Below are positions 30,084-40,220 of a stretch of DNA of 64,000 nt, piece by piece. The DNA is taken from IMG/VR virus record IMGVR_UViG_3300027759_003166, one strand, 5' to 3'. Position 1 is the first letter of the stretch, and each line of letters opens with the position of its first letter. The translations under genes and the position numbers were made by a program. A model generated the notes under the pieces. The model was given only the letters and a program-made list of their open reading frames with translations. It searched no databases and was not told where the DNA came from. This DNA comes from a virus. Its lineage: Duplodnaviria; Caudoviricetes.

Positions 30084-30935
30084 TTAAGTCCATAGACTAT
30101 CACGAGCCTTAATCAAGCGAATCATCATAGCCTCATCTTCTTTATCGTAGGCCTGTTCAATCTTGGTAGTAAGTTTAAGAGCCTTCTTGCCTAGTTTTTC
30201 AGTTTCAGGATTCTTTGATTGTATGCCGATCCAACGATGTTCATCACCCGATTCCTTACGTAGAAGATCGCAGTACTCACTCCAACCACTGGCATCATGT
30301 GGATCTGGACGAGCGGGATACACAGTGGTCCACCACATGTAAAGTTCTTTGATTTCCTTGGCACGAACAGCCTGACCTGTTGGACGACCGTAGTTTTCGT
30401 CACCTTCTTCTACACCCATATCGTTACCAAGTGTAAGTGTCATTGCCCAGTCAAGATGGTCAAGTCCGGCCTGTGGGCAACGCCATGTGCGCCAACGCCA
30501 CCAACCTGTGGCCCAGAATGGAGGATTGTATTTGGCACGGGCTTCTTTATCGCCCCAGGCAATGTGATGCCATGCTTGTTCTACTTCAACAAAATCAACC
30601 AACTCATTGAATAGACAAGGCAAAAAGCGGTTCCCCACATCGCACCATTCACCCGGTTTAATATTCCGGGGATGAGCGGTAAGACCATGAGTGCGACTAA
30701 CCCAACGGTTGTTAATGTAGTACTTGATATCATAAATTTTCCTTACAGGCCAGGTTACAAAATCTTGGAGAAGGCCGAGTCCTTCTTCAGCAATCCACCA
30801 ACGGATGGGATAGTCGCGTTTGGCACGAGTTTCCCACTCATGCCATTCTTCGCTGGTACCAGATTTTAGTTTGGTAGTACCGCGAAGCCAGTCTGCAAAA
30901 GGAGTGCATGACCAATAATGTGTATGTTGTGCCAT
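30084..30935 (-). CDS. hypothetical Trp-rich protein
   Basis: 283-aa ORF. Confidence 0.7.
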   Translation of the reverse strand: MAQHTHYWSCTPFADWLRGTTKLKSGTSEEWHEWETRAKRDYPIRWWIAEEGLGLLQDFVTWPVRKIYDIKYYINNRWVSRTHGLTAHPRNIKPGEWCDVGNRFLPCLFNELVDFVEVEQAWHHIAWGDKEARAKYNPPFWATGWWRWRTWRCPQAGLDHLDWAMTLTLGNDMGVEEGDENYGRPTGQAVRAKEIKELYMWWTTVYPARPDPHDASGWSEYCDLLRKESGDEHRWIGIQSKNPETEKLGKKALKLTTKIEQAYDKEDEAMMIRLIKARDSLWT

Positions 30936-30936
30936 A

Positions 30937-31182
30937 TCATTTCTTTCTTTGTTTAACGCTTAGTATAGCAGCATTTACTTCGTGTGTCAATGCTTTGTCG
31001 TCCCATTTTAGTTCAGTTCGACCATCTTCAAAATAGGTAACCGTTAAGTGACTACCTTGTACAACTCTTGGCCAAACTTCAGCCATTTCTGCTATATCGG
31101 CAGATTCAATTACTTTAGATTTCTTTTTAGTTGCCATTATTCTTTCCTCTTCAAAAATGGAGACAAGTTTGGAGGAGTCCAT
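30937..31182 (-). CDS. hypothetical protein
   Basis: Probable start at internal MATKKK. Confidence 0.5.
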   Translation of the reverse strand: MDSSKLVSIFEEERIMATKKKSKVIESADIAEMAEVWPRVVQGSHLTVTYFEDGRTELKWDDKALTHEVNAAILSVKQRKK

Positions 31183-31496
31183 CCAATGGGTTTAAGAACT
31201 TTTCCATCTTCACGTTTACGGACCTTACCTGTCTCTCGATCTATTTTGGCAAAGTTAGTTGCCATAACTTCTTTCCAAGCACCTTCACCATCTGCACCCA
31301 TGCTATGGATAGCACCAATGGTGACCACAAGAATATCAATAAGTGCATCTAATGTTTCTACATCGTCTTCTGCTTCTTGTAGTTCGTTAAATTCTTCTTC
31401 GATAAGACTAATGTACATATCGTATTGTTTTTGATCACCTGTAACACTTTGATCACAGGCCCGCATAAACGTTTCTTGATCTCTAAAAGGATTCAT
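31137..31496 (-). CDS. MazG-like/PRA-PH-like NTP pyrophosphatase
   Basis: LIEEEFNEL..DALIDI..NFAK..DGKVLKP. Confidence 0.8.
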   Translation of the reverse strand: MNPFRDQETFMRACDQSVTGDQKQYDMYISLIEEEFNELQEAEDDVETLDALIDILVVTIGAIHSMGADGEGAWKEVMATNFAKIDRETGKVRKREDGKVLKPIGWTPPNLSPFLKRKE

Positions 31497-31684
31497 TATA
31501 CTGCTACCTTTAATTGGTTCTCATTATAAATGTGTAAAGCCCCTGCTACTTCTGGAGTAGTACATTCTACAACAACTCTACGTTCGCCGGCTAGTGTATC
31601 AAATACTGATACAACAATGCCAGGCCATTTATAGCCACTAACTTTTTCTACTTTATCACCTACTGCTAGTAATGCCATTTTCAT
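31496..31684 (-). CDS. small SH3-fold-like protein
   Basis: VGDKVEKVSGYKWPGIV. Confidence 0.5.
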   Translation of the reverse strand: MKMALLAVGDKVEKVSGYKWPGIVVSVFDTLAGERRVVVECTTPEVAGALHIYNENQLKVAV

Positions 31685-31979
31685 TTCCCCATCTTAAATA
31701 ATATTCACTTAACTTTTTCATTTCTAACTCTGCTTCTATAGCATATAGATATCCGTATGTTGATTGATCTAATTGTCTATGCCATATGGGTTTATCTATA
31801 GCGTGTTCCATAACAAACTTACCCGGATCACTTTCTTGCCACTTATATAATGGTTCAGCAGCGTATAGATCAGGGTCTTCAACATCTCCCAATCGAAAAC
31901 GATGAACAATCACCTTGTGAATCTCTTTGACCACAAGTTGGTCACCTTCATAGGATTGTTCCCACCTCACCTTGCCCAT
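31656..31979 (-). CDS. hypothetical protein
   Basis: 107-aa ORF. Confidence 0.6.
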   Translation of the reverse strand: MGKVRWEQSYEGDQLVVKEIHKVIVHRFRLGDVEDPDLYAAEPLYKWQESDPGKFVMEHAIDKPIWHRQLDQSTYGYLYAIEAELEMKKLSEYYLRWGNENGITSSR

Positions 31980-32281
31980 TTTAATATAAACAATGTTTTA
32001 AACTTTTCAGCATCCCCACGACTCTTAAATTGCCAACGATCATATGCAATCCTTTGACAGTTGGGCCAAGTTGATAATTGTTCCGTGGCCCAAAAAATAC
32101 TTGCATCAAACTCTTTTGAATCCAAATTCCAATCATCATAAATTAGAATTCGAAATTTTCCCGTTATGTCCGGGATCAAATCAATCATAAACTTAGGCTG
32201 ACCGTATTCTGCAATGTCTTTATACTTGGCGTACTCCGGTTCAAGTTGCTTGAGCATATGTTTCCACGGATCAGCGGTCAT
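31967..32281 (-). CDS. hypothetical protein
   Basis: 104-aa ORF. Confidence 0.6.
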   Translation of the reverse strand: MTADPWKHMLKQLEPEYAKYKDIAEYGQPKFMIDLIPDITGKFRILIYDDWNLDSKEFDASIFWATEQLSTWPNCQRIAYDRWQFKSRGDAEKFKTLFILKWAR

Positions 32282-32763
32282 GCCTTCTTTTTCTTATAGT
32301 AAGGACGACGGGCTTTATTAGGTTTTGTTACCAACGGACCATGTTCGCCGTCCTTCTGAGATTGTTCAAGGGCAGCATGAATAGCATCTGGGCTAACTTC
32401 ATCCTCATCTGCCATATGTTCTTCAAACCTATCAGTCTCTTCGTTTAATTCTTCATCATCAGAAATAACGACCACTCCAGTCCTTCCTAACATTTTGTGT
32501 GCAGCATCAGGGTTACTAAATGCATCTCTAATGCTACCAACGTGTCCATCTTTAGTTTGACTAATAGTATGCCAAGTTCGAATCTCAAGCAACATCTCTA
32601 TTTCTGTAGGAATACCAATAACATAATGTGGCTCTTTATTAAATCCATCATAGTCAATGGTAAACACTTTAAGTATTGTACCTTGTGTGGATTTGACATT
32701 ATCTCTGCTAATACCGTAAATCCAAACGGTATCGCCTACATTATATTTTTTCTTAACAGTCAT
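32278..32763 (-). CDS. hypothetical protein
   Basis: 161-aa ORF. Confidence 0.65.
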   Translation of the reverse strand: MTVKKKYNVGDTVWIYGISRDNVKSTQGTILKVFTIDYDGFNKEPHYVIGIPTEIEMLLEIRTWHTISQTKDGHVGSIRDAFSNPDAAHKMLGRTGVVVISDDEELNEETDRFEEHMADEDEVSPDAIHAALEQSQKDGEHGPLVTKPNKARRPYYKKKKA

Positions 32764-32947
32764 AGTTTATCAGGGCGAGCCTGCTCTTTGCTTTTAACGT
32801 CAAGAAGACCAGTAATAAATTTAATAGCCTTGCGATCGGTATCATAAACGTATTCTTGATCTTCATCATCGTCATTACGCAAAGTAACGATAACACCGTT
32901 TTTAACTTTGCGTATTTCAATAGATTCAAACATAAGAATCCTTTCTT

Positions 32948-33775
32948 TTATTGTTGCGGGACACTCAAATTATAGTTAAAGTGGAAAATACCAATGTGTG
33001 CAATTTCGCGGCTTAGTTCTTGATCACACCACAACTGATATCCTGCCTTCTGTGCTTGTTGACAGAAGAAAATGTCTTCACCAATTTCGAGATTTAAATG
33101 AGGAATGTATTCTTGTAGGTAATGTGGTTGTGGAATCTTTTCATAAACTTCACGTTTGCACAATACCATACCATGTGGTAATACATCAATTAATTCCATT
33201 GCAGGACTATTGTCTGTAGTTTGGAATTCTTGGAATTGGCCAGCGCCACCCATCATACCTGTAAAGTTAGGATTGGGGAAACGACGACGACGATAGTTTG
33301 CACCAACAATGGGTACATTACGGGACAATAGACGCATAGGTGCATCAATGGGGAATTTCATATCGCTGTCAACCCACCAAATATAATCAAAGTCTGATTT
33401 CATAAAGATGTCAACTAGATTACGACGAGCAATAGTAATTACTGATCCAATGTTAAAAGCACAATTAATCTTAATGCCATTGGCAACCATATTAGCACAA
33501 GCCATGGCAAGATGTTGTGCAAATTCTGCATTAACCATTTCCATAGCAGGGACTGCAACCATGATACTTGGACGTTGTCCTCCCTGCATTGGAGCAGGTC
33601 TTGGTTGTCCTTGATTCATAAATGATCGTTGCATATTAGTAGCAGCATTACCAACAGGTGTGTTACGACTTGGGATATTTAATTTAGTCTTTCCGCCTGT
33701 AGCAGGACCATTTGCAACGGAAGGTTCAGCAGTAGGTGCTGTACGACTTGGAATGTTTAATTTACCTTTTTTCAT
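32948..33775 (-). CDS. GT-A fold glycosyltransferase-like protein with low-complexity N-terminus
   Basis: IARRNLV..WWVDSD DxD motif, GEDIFFC. Confidence 0.7.
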   Translation of the reverse strand: MKKGKLNIPSRTAPTAEPSVANGPATGGKTKLNIPSRNTPVGNAATNMQRSFMNQGQPRPAPMQGGQRPSIMVAVPAMEMVNAEFAQHLAMACANMVANGIKINCAFNIGSVITIARRNLVDIFMKSDFDYIWWVDSDMKFPIDAPMRLLSRNVPIVGANYRRRRFPNPNFTGMMGGAGQFQEFQTTDNSPAMELIDVLPHGMVLCKREVYEKIPQPHYLQEYIPHLNLEIGEDIFFCQQAQKAGYQLWCDQELSREIAHIGIFHFNYNLSVPQQ

Positions 33776-33904
33776 TTTTTTCCTTATATGTTATTAGGTT
33801 TTATCGTGGAGCGAATTCTTGTTGTAGTTTGATGCCGCTATTTTAACAGCATCCTTTTTAATATTTAACATAAATAAAGTATACACTAAAATTTCTTAAA
33901 GTCA

Positions 33905-34573
33905 ATGTTTTTAGATAACAAATACACAAAAATTTATTATAAATTAATCAATAATGCATTATTGCGAAATCATGTTAAACTACCACATGATGGATTTCAA
34001 GTACATCATATAATACCAAAGTGTATTGGTGGAACCGATAATAAATCAAATCTCGTAACATTACATTTTAAAGAACATAGGGTATGTCATTGTTTATTAA
34101 TCAAAATGCAAATCACTAAATCTGCAGAAATTAAAATGCGACATGCTTATGGTTTTTTTAACAAAAGTAGTCGGTACAATGGACCTAGATATAAACGAGG
34201 TAAGGACAACATTTTCTCCAACCCTAAGATTATTGAGCAAGTTCGAAGTAGAATGATACATAATAATCCTATGAAAAATTCTGCTATACAAGAAAAACGG
34301 TTAGTATCGTGGAAATCTAATCGTGCCGCTAAAAACTTTATACCTCCAAGAATACTTAAAGATAAATTTATTACACCATTTGGTATATTTAAAACTAAAA
34401 AAGAAATACAGAAAGTTTTAAACATACCTGAATGGACTTTAAATACCATCTACAATAATTTAGATTCTTTTCCTATATCAAATGGAAGAAGTAGTAAAAA
34501 GATTGCACATTTAAATATTGATATAAACAAGACTTGGAAAGATAATGGATTTGACTTACTTACCGTTTCTTGA
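33905..34573 (+). mobile_element. free-standing HNH homing endonuclease
   Basis: QVHHIIPKCIGG..NLV.L..EH...H; antisense to neighbours, overlaps folE 3' end by 18 bp. Confidence 0.75.
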
Positions 34574-35350
34574 TTGAAGTAATATATTATCAAAGAACTC
34601 TTTTTTTGTTCCTTTATCAGTATTAAACGCACCTTTAAGTACAGTAGTTTGAGTTAAAGAACTATGTGCCATTATGCCTCTATTGGTGCAGCACCCATGT
34701 TCGGCTTCGAGATAAACAGCTACGTTTTCGCTGTCTGTGGCTTTCATGATTTCACGAGCAATGTCGTTACAAAGTTCTTCTTGTAGAGTACCGCGTCTAG
34801 CACACCATTGTGCGATGCGTGTATACTTACTTAATCCTATTAACTTCTGCGCGGCCAAGATTCCGATATAGGCAACGCCACTAACAGGTTGATGATGATG
34901 ACTACACATTGATTTAAGTTCACTACGAACTACCAACATTCCTTCATACCGTTCATCGCTGTCATTTGGAAATGCAGTTGCATCAGGTGCCGTCTCATAT
35001 CTACCTGCCATAATTTCATTGAAATACATCTTGGCCAAACGACGAGCAGTGCCTTTACTATTAGGATCATTCTCTCGATCAATAAGCAATGTATCCAATA
35101 CAGTTTCAAATGCTTCTGTGGCTTCGTTAATCAAGTGTTCCTTGTCAGATTCTGCAATATAGTCACTGATATTGTCACCAGCCCAAAATCTTTTACCGTC
35201 AAGACGCATACGGCTACGTAACGCCTCGCTCAAATACTTGCCAGGACTATCTTTCTTAGCAAATAATTTATGCCCGTCAACTGGCACATACTCTTGTGCC
35301 GTAATTCCATTTATAGTTGGATCAGGTTTAAATGTTCTATTTTCACTCAA
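34556..35350 (-). CDS. folE: GTP cyclohydrolase I
   Basis: TARRLAKMY, SMCSHH, GLSK, LQEE, HGCC..RG. Confidence 0.93.
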   Translation of the reverse strand: MSENRTFKPDPTINGITAQEYVPVDGHKLFAKKDSPGKYLSEALRSRMRLDGKRFWAGDNISDYIAESDKEHLINEATEAFETVLDTLLIDRENDPNSKGTARRLAKMYFNEIMAGRYETAPDATAFPNDSDERYEGMLVVRSELKSMCSHHHQPVSGVAYIGILAAQKLIGLSKYTRIAQWCARRGTLQEELCNDIAREIMKATDSENVAVYLEAEHGCCTNRGIMAHSSLTQTTVLKGAFNTDKGTKKEFFDNILLQSRNGK

Positions 35351-35381
35351 TTATATTCTCCAGTACAGTTATAATACACGA

Positions 35382-36176
35382 TTATTTAGATTCTGTCAAC
35401 CTAAGTAAAGTATTTTTCTTAACTGCCGCATCCAGAACATTCATTACTATCTCATGTTTTTCTGCGTACTTGAGTAATGCGCTGGTATCTTTAGGGAAAC
35501 ACGCTCCACCGAATCCATAATTACCATCTGGCCCAGGTACTTGCATATGGCTAGATCCAATTCGTCGATCCTGTGTAATCATGTACGCAACTTGATTAAA
35601 ATCTACACCGGTCTTTGAACATAGTGTTTCGAGTTCATTCATAAACACAACCTTAGTAGCCATAAATGTATTGATCGCATATTTGGCCATTGCGGCTTCG
35701 GCAATTGTACAATGCTGTATTCTTTTTAAGTTCTTTTGGGATAATTGTATAATACGGTCTGCTTCTCTTATGTAAGCAGGGACTCTTCCACCGATAAAAA
35801 CAAACTCACCATTTGCGTAATCTTTAACGGCATGGGCCGCAGTTAAAAATTCTGGAGCATGGATTAGATTTGGATGCTGTATATTCTGTGCTTCATACCA
35901 ATCAGGTGGTGCTGTACATTTACTAATGATAACACCTGTATATCCACGTCTATGTAACTCATTTAGTATCCCTCCTAATATGCTTGTATCACAGGTACCG
36001 TCGTCGTCTTGAGGAGTTGGTACGCATACAAATATACCACTACACTTCATTAAATCTTGATATGTAGCGTTATGTCCTTTAGCAGGATCCATAACAAAGA
36101 GTTCTGCGTCCATTTCTAAAGCATTCGCAATGGCACCGCCTACAAAGCCAAAGCCTATAATTCCAATTTTTTCCAT
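35382..36176 (-). CDS. UDP-glucose/GDP-mannose dehydrogenase family (short form)
   Basis: IGFGFVG, CVPTP, PEFL, KYAINTF, GFGGACFPKD. Confidence 0.85.
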   Translation of the reverse strand: MEKIGIIGFGFVGGAIANALEMDAELFVMDPAKGHNATYQDLMKCSGIFVCVPTPQDDDGTCDTSILGGILNELHRRGYTGVIISKCTAPPDWYEAQNIQHPNLIHAPEFLTAAHAVKDYANGEFVFIGGRVPAYIREADRIIQLSQKNLKRIQHCTIAEAAMAKYAINTFMATKVVFMNELETLCSKTGVDFNQVAYMITQDRRIGSSHMQVPGPDGNYGFGGACFPKDTSALLKYAEKHEIVMNVLDAAVKKNTLLRLTESK

Positions 36177-36267
36177 ACGATTATTTTTAAAGATTATTTT
36201 AGCACCGCCCATGGTGCCTGGCATGTTCAAAGTCATGCTATCATTATAGCATACTATTTAACTTAGA

Positions 36268-37002
36268 TCAATAGCAGATCCAATCTTTATTGCGATATGG
36301 TTTGCCAATAGCGGCATTTGGGAGATATTGTAAAACTTTCTTCTTTACTTTTTTAATAATTGGATGATTGTGGTCGTGATCAAATGCTTTAAGATACATA
36401 AACCATTCATCATATCTTACTCGTTTATTTTTCTGATCAATGTTTAAATGCCTAACAACATCCTTGGTACTCTTATATTTGTCTAGTAGATCACAGGCAA
36501 TATTAAAACCGTAAGCATCTATTTCATCACTGTTGCCCAAATAACTTTGTTCTAATCTTTTAGATGCTCTACGTGCGGTACTTGGATAATCTGGCAAGTC
36601 TTTAAACTCCCGTCTGCGGAATTGTCGCATATGGATAATCTCATGCAGTATGGTATCTGCAATTACCAAACATATTCTATAAAATTTACGTGTATTGATT
36701 TTTAAGTATATGTCCTTGGGATTGTATAATAATGAAACTTCTATACACGGTTTATCATTTTGATCATGCAAACTATAGTAGCATCCTCCGATCATAACTG
36801 AATTAGTATCTGCCTTGTCATATTTTGATTTGGCTATACGTAATGGAATGTATTTTTTTAAATGCCTATAGATCATACCGTGGAATTGATTAACGGTTAA
36901 CTGTTGATTTATTATCTTTGGAGCCAGTGCCCAAATAAAACCAGCAATACCATGACGATTCACTGATGACCAATCAAACTCTGATCTACTTGCCATAGAC
37001 AT
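36268..37002 (-). CDS. HEXXH zinc-metallopeptidase-like protein
   Basis: ILHEIIHMRQ..EIDAYG. Confidence 0.55.
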   Translation of the reverse strand: MSMASRSEFDWSSVNRHGIAGFIWALAPKIINQQLTVNQFHGMIYRHLKKYIPLRIAKSKYDKADTNSVMIGGCYYSLHDQNDKPCIEVSLLYNPKDIYLKINTRKFYRICLVIADTILHEIIHMRQFRRREFKDLPDYPSTARRASKRLEQSYLGNSDEIDAYGFNIACDLLDKYKSTKDVVRHLNIDQKNKRVRYDEWFMYLKAFDHDHNHPIIKKVKKKVLQYLPNAAIGKPYRNKDWICY

Positions 37003-37074
37003 CCTTTATTGTACATCAGTATTTATTAGGTTGTTAAATACATTCGGGTCAAACCAATTAACTATATTAATATT

Positions 37075-37413
37075 ATGAATTACTGGTCAAGAGAACAAAC
37101 TAAAGCGTGGATTACACAATTAGAAGATCGTTTAGAAGATATTGCAGAGTATCTTGAAAAAACAGAAATATGGTGTGATGAAAATGGTATAGACGATGAT
37201 CGAGTAGTATTCATGTGTATGTTCCTCACTTGTATTTGGGTTAGCCAACTACGCGGTGAAGAAATTACCTATGTTGAACTCATGGAAATGTTAGGTGTAG
37301 ATGAATTAGAAGTAGGCGAAGAAAAATTCTATGAATTAGACGATCAATATGCCGGACTTACTCACAAAGAATTATTAGTTGAAGCTGTATCAAATTTTGA
37401 TCCAGAGGATTAA
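37075..37413 (+). CDS. hypothetical acidic protein
   Basis: 112-aa ORF, convergent with Fe-S genes. Confidence 0.65.
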   Translation: MNYWSREQTKAWITQLEDRLEDIAEYLEKTEIWCDENGIDDDRVVFMCMFLTCIWVSQLRGEEITYVELMEMLGVDELEVGEEKFYELDDQYAGLTHKELLVEAVSNFDPED

Positions 37414-37739
37414 ACAGAAAAGCTAGATCCACAACCACAAGTGGATTGAGCATTAGGATTTTTAATTATAAAATTTGATCCCATGAGTTCTTCTTTGTAA
37501 TCTATTGTAGCACCTTGTAAGTATTGCATACTTATAGCATCTACCAACACGGTCATGCCTGGTTTTTTAATTACAAAATCGTCTTCATTTTTTTCTTCGT
37601 CAAGAGTGAACCCATAATTAAATCCACTGCATCCGCCACCTTGTACAAAAGTTCTTAACATTATTTTTGGATTATTTTCTTCTGCAAGAATATCTGCAAT
37701 TTTAAGTATTGCAGAGTTAGTGATTTCAATTTGATCCAT
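37410..37739 (-). CDS. erpA: A-type Fe-S carrier (ErpA-like)
   Basis: [22 protein letters not shown]. Confidence 0.85.
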   Translation of the reverse strand: MDQIEITNSAILKIADILAEENNPKIMLRTFVQGGGCSGFNYGFTLDEEKNEDDFVIKKPGMTVLVDAISMQYLQGATIDYKEELMGSNFIIKNPNAQSTCGCGSSFSV

Positions 37740-38106
37740 GCTTGCTCCTATAATCAGTTATCGCCGCCTTGATTGCATCTTCTGCAAGTATGCTGCAATG
37801 TATCTTAACTGGAGGGAGGACTAATTCTTCAGCAATTTTTGAATTAGTAATTGTTCCTGCTTGGTCAAGAGTTTTGCCTTTAATCCATTCAGTAACAAGG
37901 CTTGAGCTGGCAATTGCACTTCCACAGCCGTATGTTTTAAACCTTGCATCTGTAATGATTCCGTCTTCTACTTTTATTTGTAATTTCATTACATCCCCAC
38001 ACGCAGGTGCTCCTACCATACCTGTACCTATAGAATCATCTATATCAAACTTACCCACATTACGAGGGTTTTCATAATGATCAATTACAATATCCGAGTA
38101 TGCCAT
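37726..38106 (-). CDS. iscU: Fe-S scaffold IscU
   Basis: [40 protein letters not shown]. Confidence 0.95.
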   Translation of the reverse strand: MAYSDIVIDHYENPRNVGKFDIDDSIGTGMVGAPACGDVMKLQIKVEDGIITDARFKTYGCGSAIASSSLVTEWIKGKTLDQAGTITNSKIAEELVLPPVKIHCSILAEDAIKAAITDYRSKHGSN

Positions 38107-38107
38107 A

Positions 38108-38434
38108 TTAAATCCTAAAACTTTCTCCACAGCCGCAACGATCGCGTTCCTGTGGATTGTTAAAGTCAAACCCTTCATTGAGTCCTTGTTTTTTCCAGTC
38201 TATTTCAAGACCGTTTAGATAAACAGAATCTCTCCCATTTACCCAAACTGTTACTCCATGACTATCGTATTTAAACCAGTCGCGAGTAACCGGTGCTTGA
38301 TCTATATATTCTAATACATAGGCCAATCCCGAGCAACCTGTAGTTCGAACACCAACTTTAAGTCCTATGCCCTTGCCACGTTTAACTAATTGTTGTTTGA
38401 CTTTATTTGATGCTTGTTCAGTCAATGTGATCAT
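38108..38434 (-). CDS. iscA: A-type Fe-S carrier IscA
   Basis: GVRTTGCSG, NPQE..CGCGESF. Confidence 0.9.
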   Translation of the reverse strand: MITLTEQASNKVKQQLVKRGKGIGLKVGVRTTGCSGLAYVLEYIDQAPVTRDWFKYDSHGVTVWVNGRDSVYLNGLEIDWKKQGLNEGFDFNNPQERDRCGCGESFRI

Positions 38435-38436
38435 TT

Positions 38437-38685
38437 TTAGCTGTAGTCTCTGACTGTGCCACCATGACGAACACTTTTCATCTTCTTACCTTTTAGACGT
38501 ACCCCCGATCCATCAACGCCTTGCTTGCCTGTACCTGCTGTATGTTCGCTGTCATGTGCTAATAAACCATGGCTTACACATTGAGCATATCTAACATTGC
38601 TTAGACGTGAATGCCCAACGGAGCATTGACTGGCTGTAGGAGTAGCTAGATCTTTTTCGGTAAGTAGTTCTATAATTCGCATCAA
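38437..38685 (-). CDS. small hypothetical protein, possible capsid-targeting N-terminus
   Basis: MRIIELLTE; TAAATA immediately upstream. Confidence 0.55.
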   Translation of the reverse strand: MMRIIELLTEKDLATPTASQCSVGHSRLSNVRYAQCVSHGLLAHDSEHTAGTGKQGVDGSGVRLKGKKMKSVRHGGTVRDYS

Positions 38686-38692
38686 GTATTTA

Positions 38693-39019
38693 TTATTTGA
38701 AAAGGATTAATCCCATAATCAATGTTTGAGCAGCAAATCCTAAGCAAATTGTAGCAATATACAGGAAATTACGTTCAATTAAGCTCTTAAAGAACAAAGT
38801 AAGCAATCCACTCCAGACAAATACCATAAGATCTACAGGTGGTAGCTTGTCACTTTGCGCCATTAGTACAGCTAAAAGCGTGGGAATACTGGCAAAATGT
38901 AGCAGAATAATAGTTACCCAACCCAATGTGTGGGCACTCATATGGCCGAGATGATCTCGGAAAAATACATAAATTTTATTAGGTACACTTCCAACCATCT
39001 CTAAAAATTCTAATTTCAT
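38693..39019 (-). CDS. membrane protein
   Basis: Three hydrophobic helices. Confidence 0.65.
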   Translation of the reverse strand: MKLEFLEMVGSVPNKIYVFFRDHLGHMSAHTLGWVTIILLHFASIPTLLAVLMAQSDKLPPVDLMVFVWSGLLTLFFKSLIERNFLYIATICLGFAAQTLIMGLILFK

Positions 39020-39028
39020 TTTGCTTCC

Positions 39029-39595
39029 TTACTTGTAAAAAATGTGATGTCCAATTTTAGCCACTTGCTCTTTCTTCCAACCAGGATTAATATAATCCGC
39101 ATGGTAGTATAGAGCATTCTTCAAACTAGGTAAACGATAGTCTTCCAGTAGAACCTTTTGAGCAGCAATCATACTTTCGTTATAGTTAGCACGATTAGTA
39201 GGTCTGAATGCTACTTCTCTATCGCATACCCAAGAGAATTGGCATACTACTTTTTCGTAGAATACATTCTTCTGATAAATGACCTTACAAACGTCGCCAG
39301 GAAACTGGCTGCTGTTTACACGGTTCATGGTCACTTGAGCTACAGCGACTTTGCCTTCAAATGGCTCGCTGCCTGCTTCGTGATATATATTTTTAGCAAG
39401 ACACCCTAATTGGCGTTCTCGCATTTCGGCAGTAACCTGTGCTGTTGTGGTTACTCCCACACGGGAAAATTTGTCTGTTACTGCCCAATGTAGCAGCATT
39501 ATACTACTAAGAAATGCTATTGCCATTAACGTAATGTTAAGAATCTTAGCAGCCGATGTACCAGTCTGTTCCCTGTCTAGCGCAATAGTAGTCAT
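39029..39595 (-). CDS. cell wall hydrolase (SleB/Hydrolase_2 family)
   Basis: CLAKNIYHEA, AVAQVTMNR, QFSW, YYHADY, IGHHIFY. Confidence 0.9.
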   Translation of the reverse strand: MTTIALDREQTGTSAAKILNITLMAIAFLSSIMLLHWAVTDKFSRVGVTTTAQVTAEMRERQLGCLAKNIYHEAGSEPFEGKVAVAQVTMNRVNSSQFPGDVCKVIYQKNVFYEKVVCQFSWVCDREVAFRPTNRANYNESMIAAQKVLLEDYRLPSLKNALYYHADYINPGWKKEQVAKIGHHIFYK

Positions 39596-39671
39596 TTAGA
39601 CCTCCTTTTCGTTAGCGGTTAAGTAGTTATCAATAAGTTATTAGTATAAACTATTAATATAATGATGTCAA

Positions 39672-39884
39672 CTATTTGTTTATCCTCATTATCTGCCAAT
39701 TGTTACTGTTGCCTTTAACACCATCGTCGTAGAGTAATTCAACATTACCCCAGAAACTTTCTTCACCATCATAACTTAGACGTTGTTGTATTACAGTGGC
39801 TTCCATTTTAAGTGGTGCTACCCAGACTCTTTCACCAGGTTTCCAAATTGGACCATTTCCGTTGCTATCAACTTCTTTATCCAT
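39672..39884 (-). CDS. hypothetical protein
   Basis: 70-aa ORF. Confidence 0.55.
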   Translation of the reverse strand: MDKEVDSNGNGPIWKPGERVWVAPLKMEATVIQQRLSYDGEESFWGNVELLYDDGVKGNSNNWQIMRINK

Positions 39885-40016
39885 ATTAAATCCTTATGTT
39901 AGAAGTACAAACGTGTTTTTGAGTTACAATAACTTCTGGAATAGTTACTTGGCTCAATAGCAAAAGCCAAAGGAATGTACTAACTCCAAATCCAATTAAG
40001 TATTCTTTATATTTGC

Positions 40017-40220
40017 TCATTCTTCTATTCCAAAATGTTCTTTAATCATTCTAACCATATAGGGTCTATCAGGTGATATTCGAACTACTATTGCAGTACA
40101 TTCGTTGACCACTAATTCTGTAAATTTTAAAATATCAAATGGGTGATTGCGGTCGTAGATGTGAGCATTAATTTTAAATCCACATTGATCAGCAATTTCT
40201 CTAATGCGTTCTTCATTCAT
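40017..40220 (-). CDS. HFGVE-family small protein
   Basis: MNEERI..FTELVVNEC..HFGIEE. Confidence 0.6.
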   Translation of the reverse strand: MNEERIREIADQCGFKINAHIYDRNHPFDILKFTELVVNECTAIVVRISPDRPYMVRMIKEHFGIEE

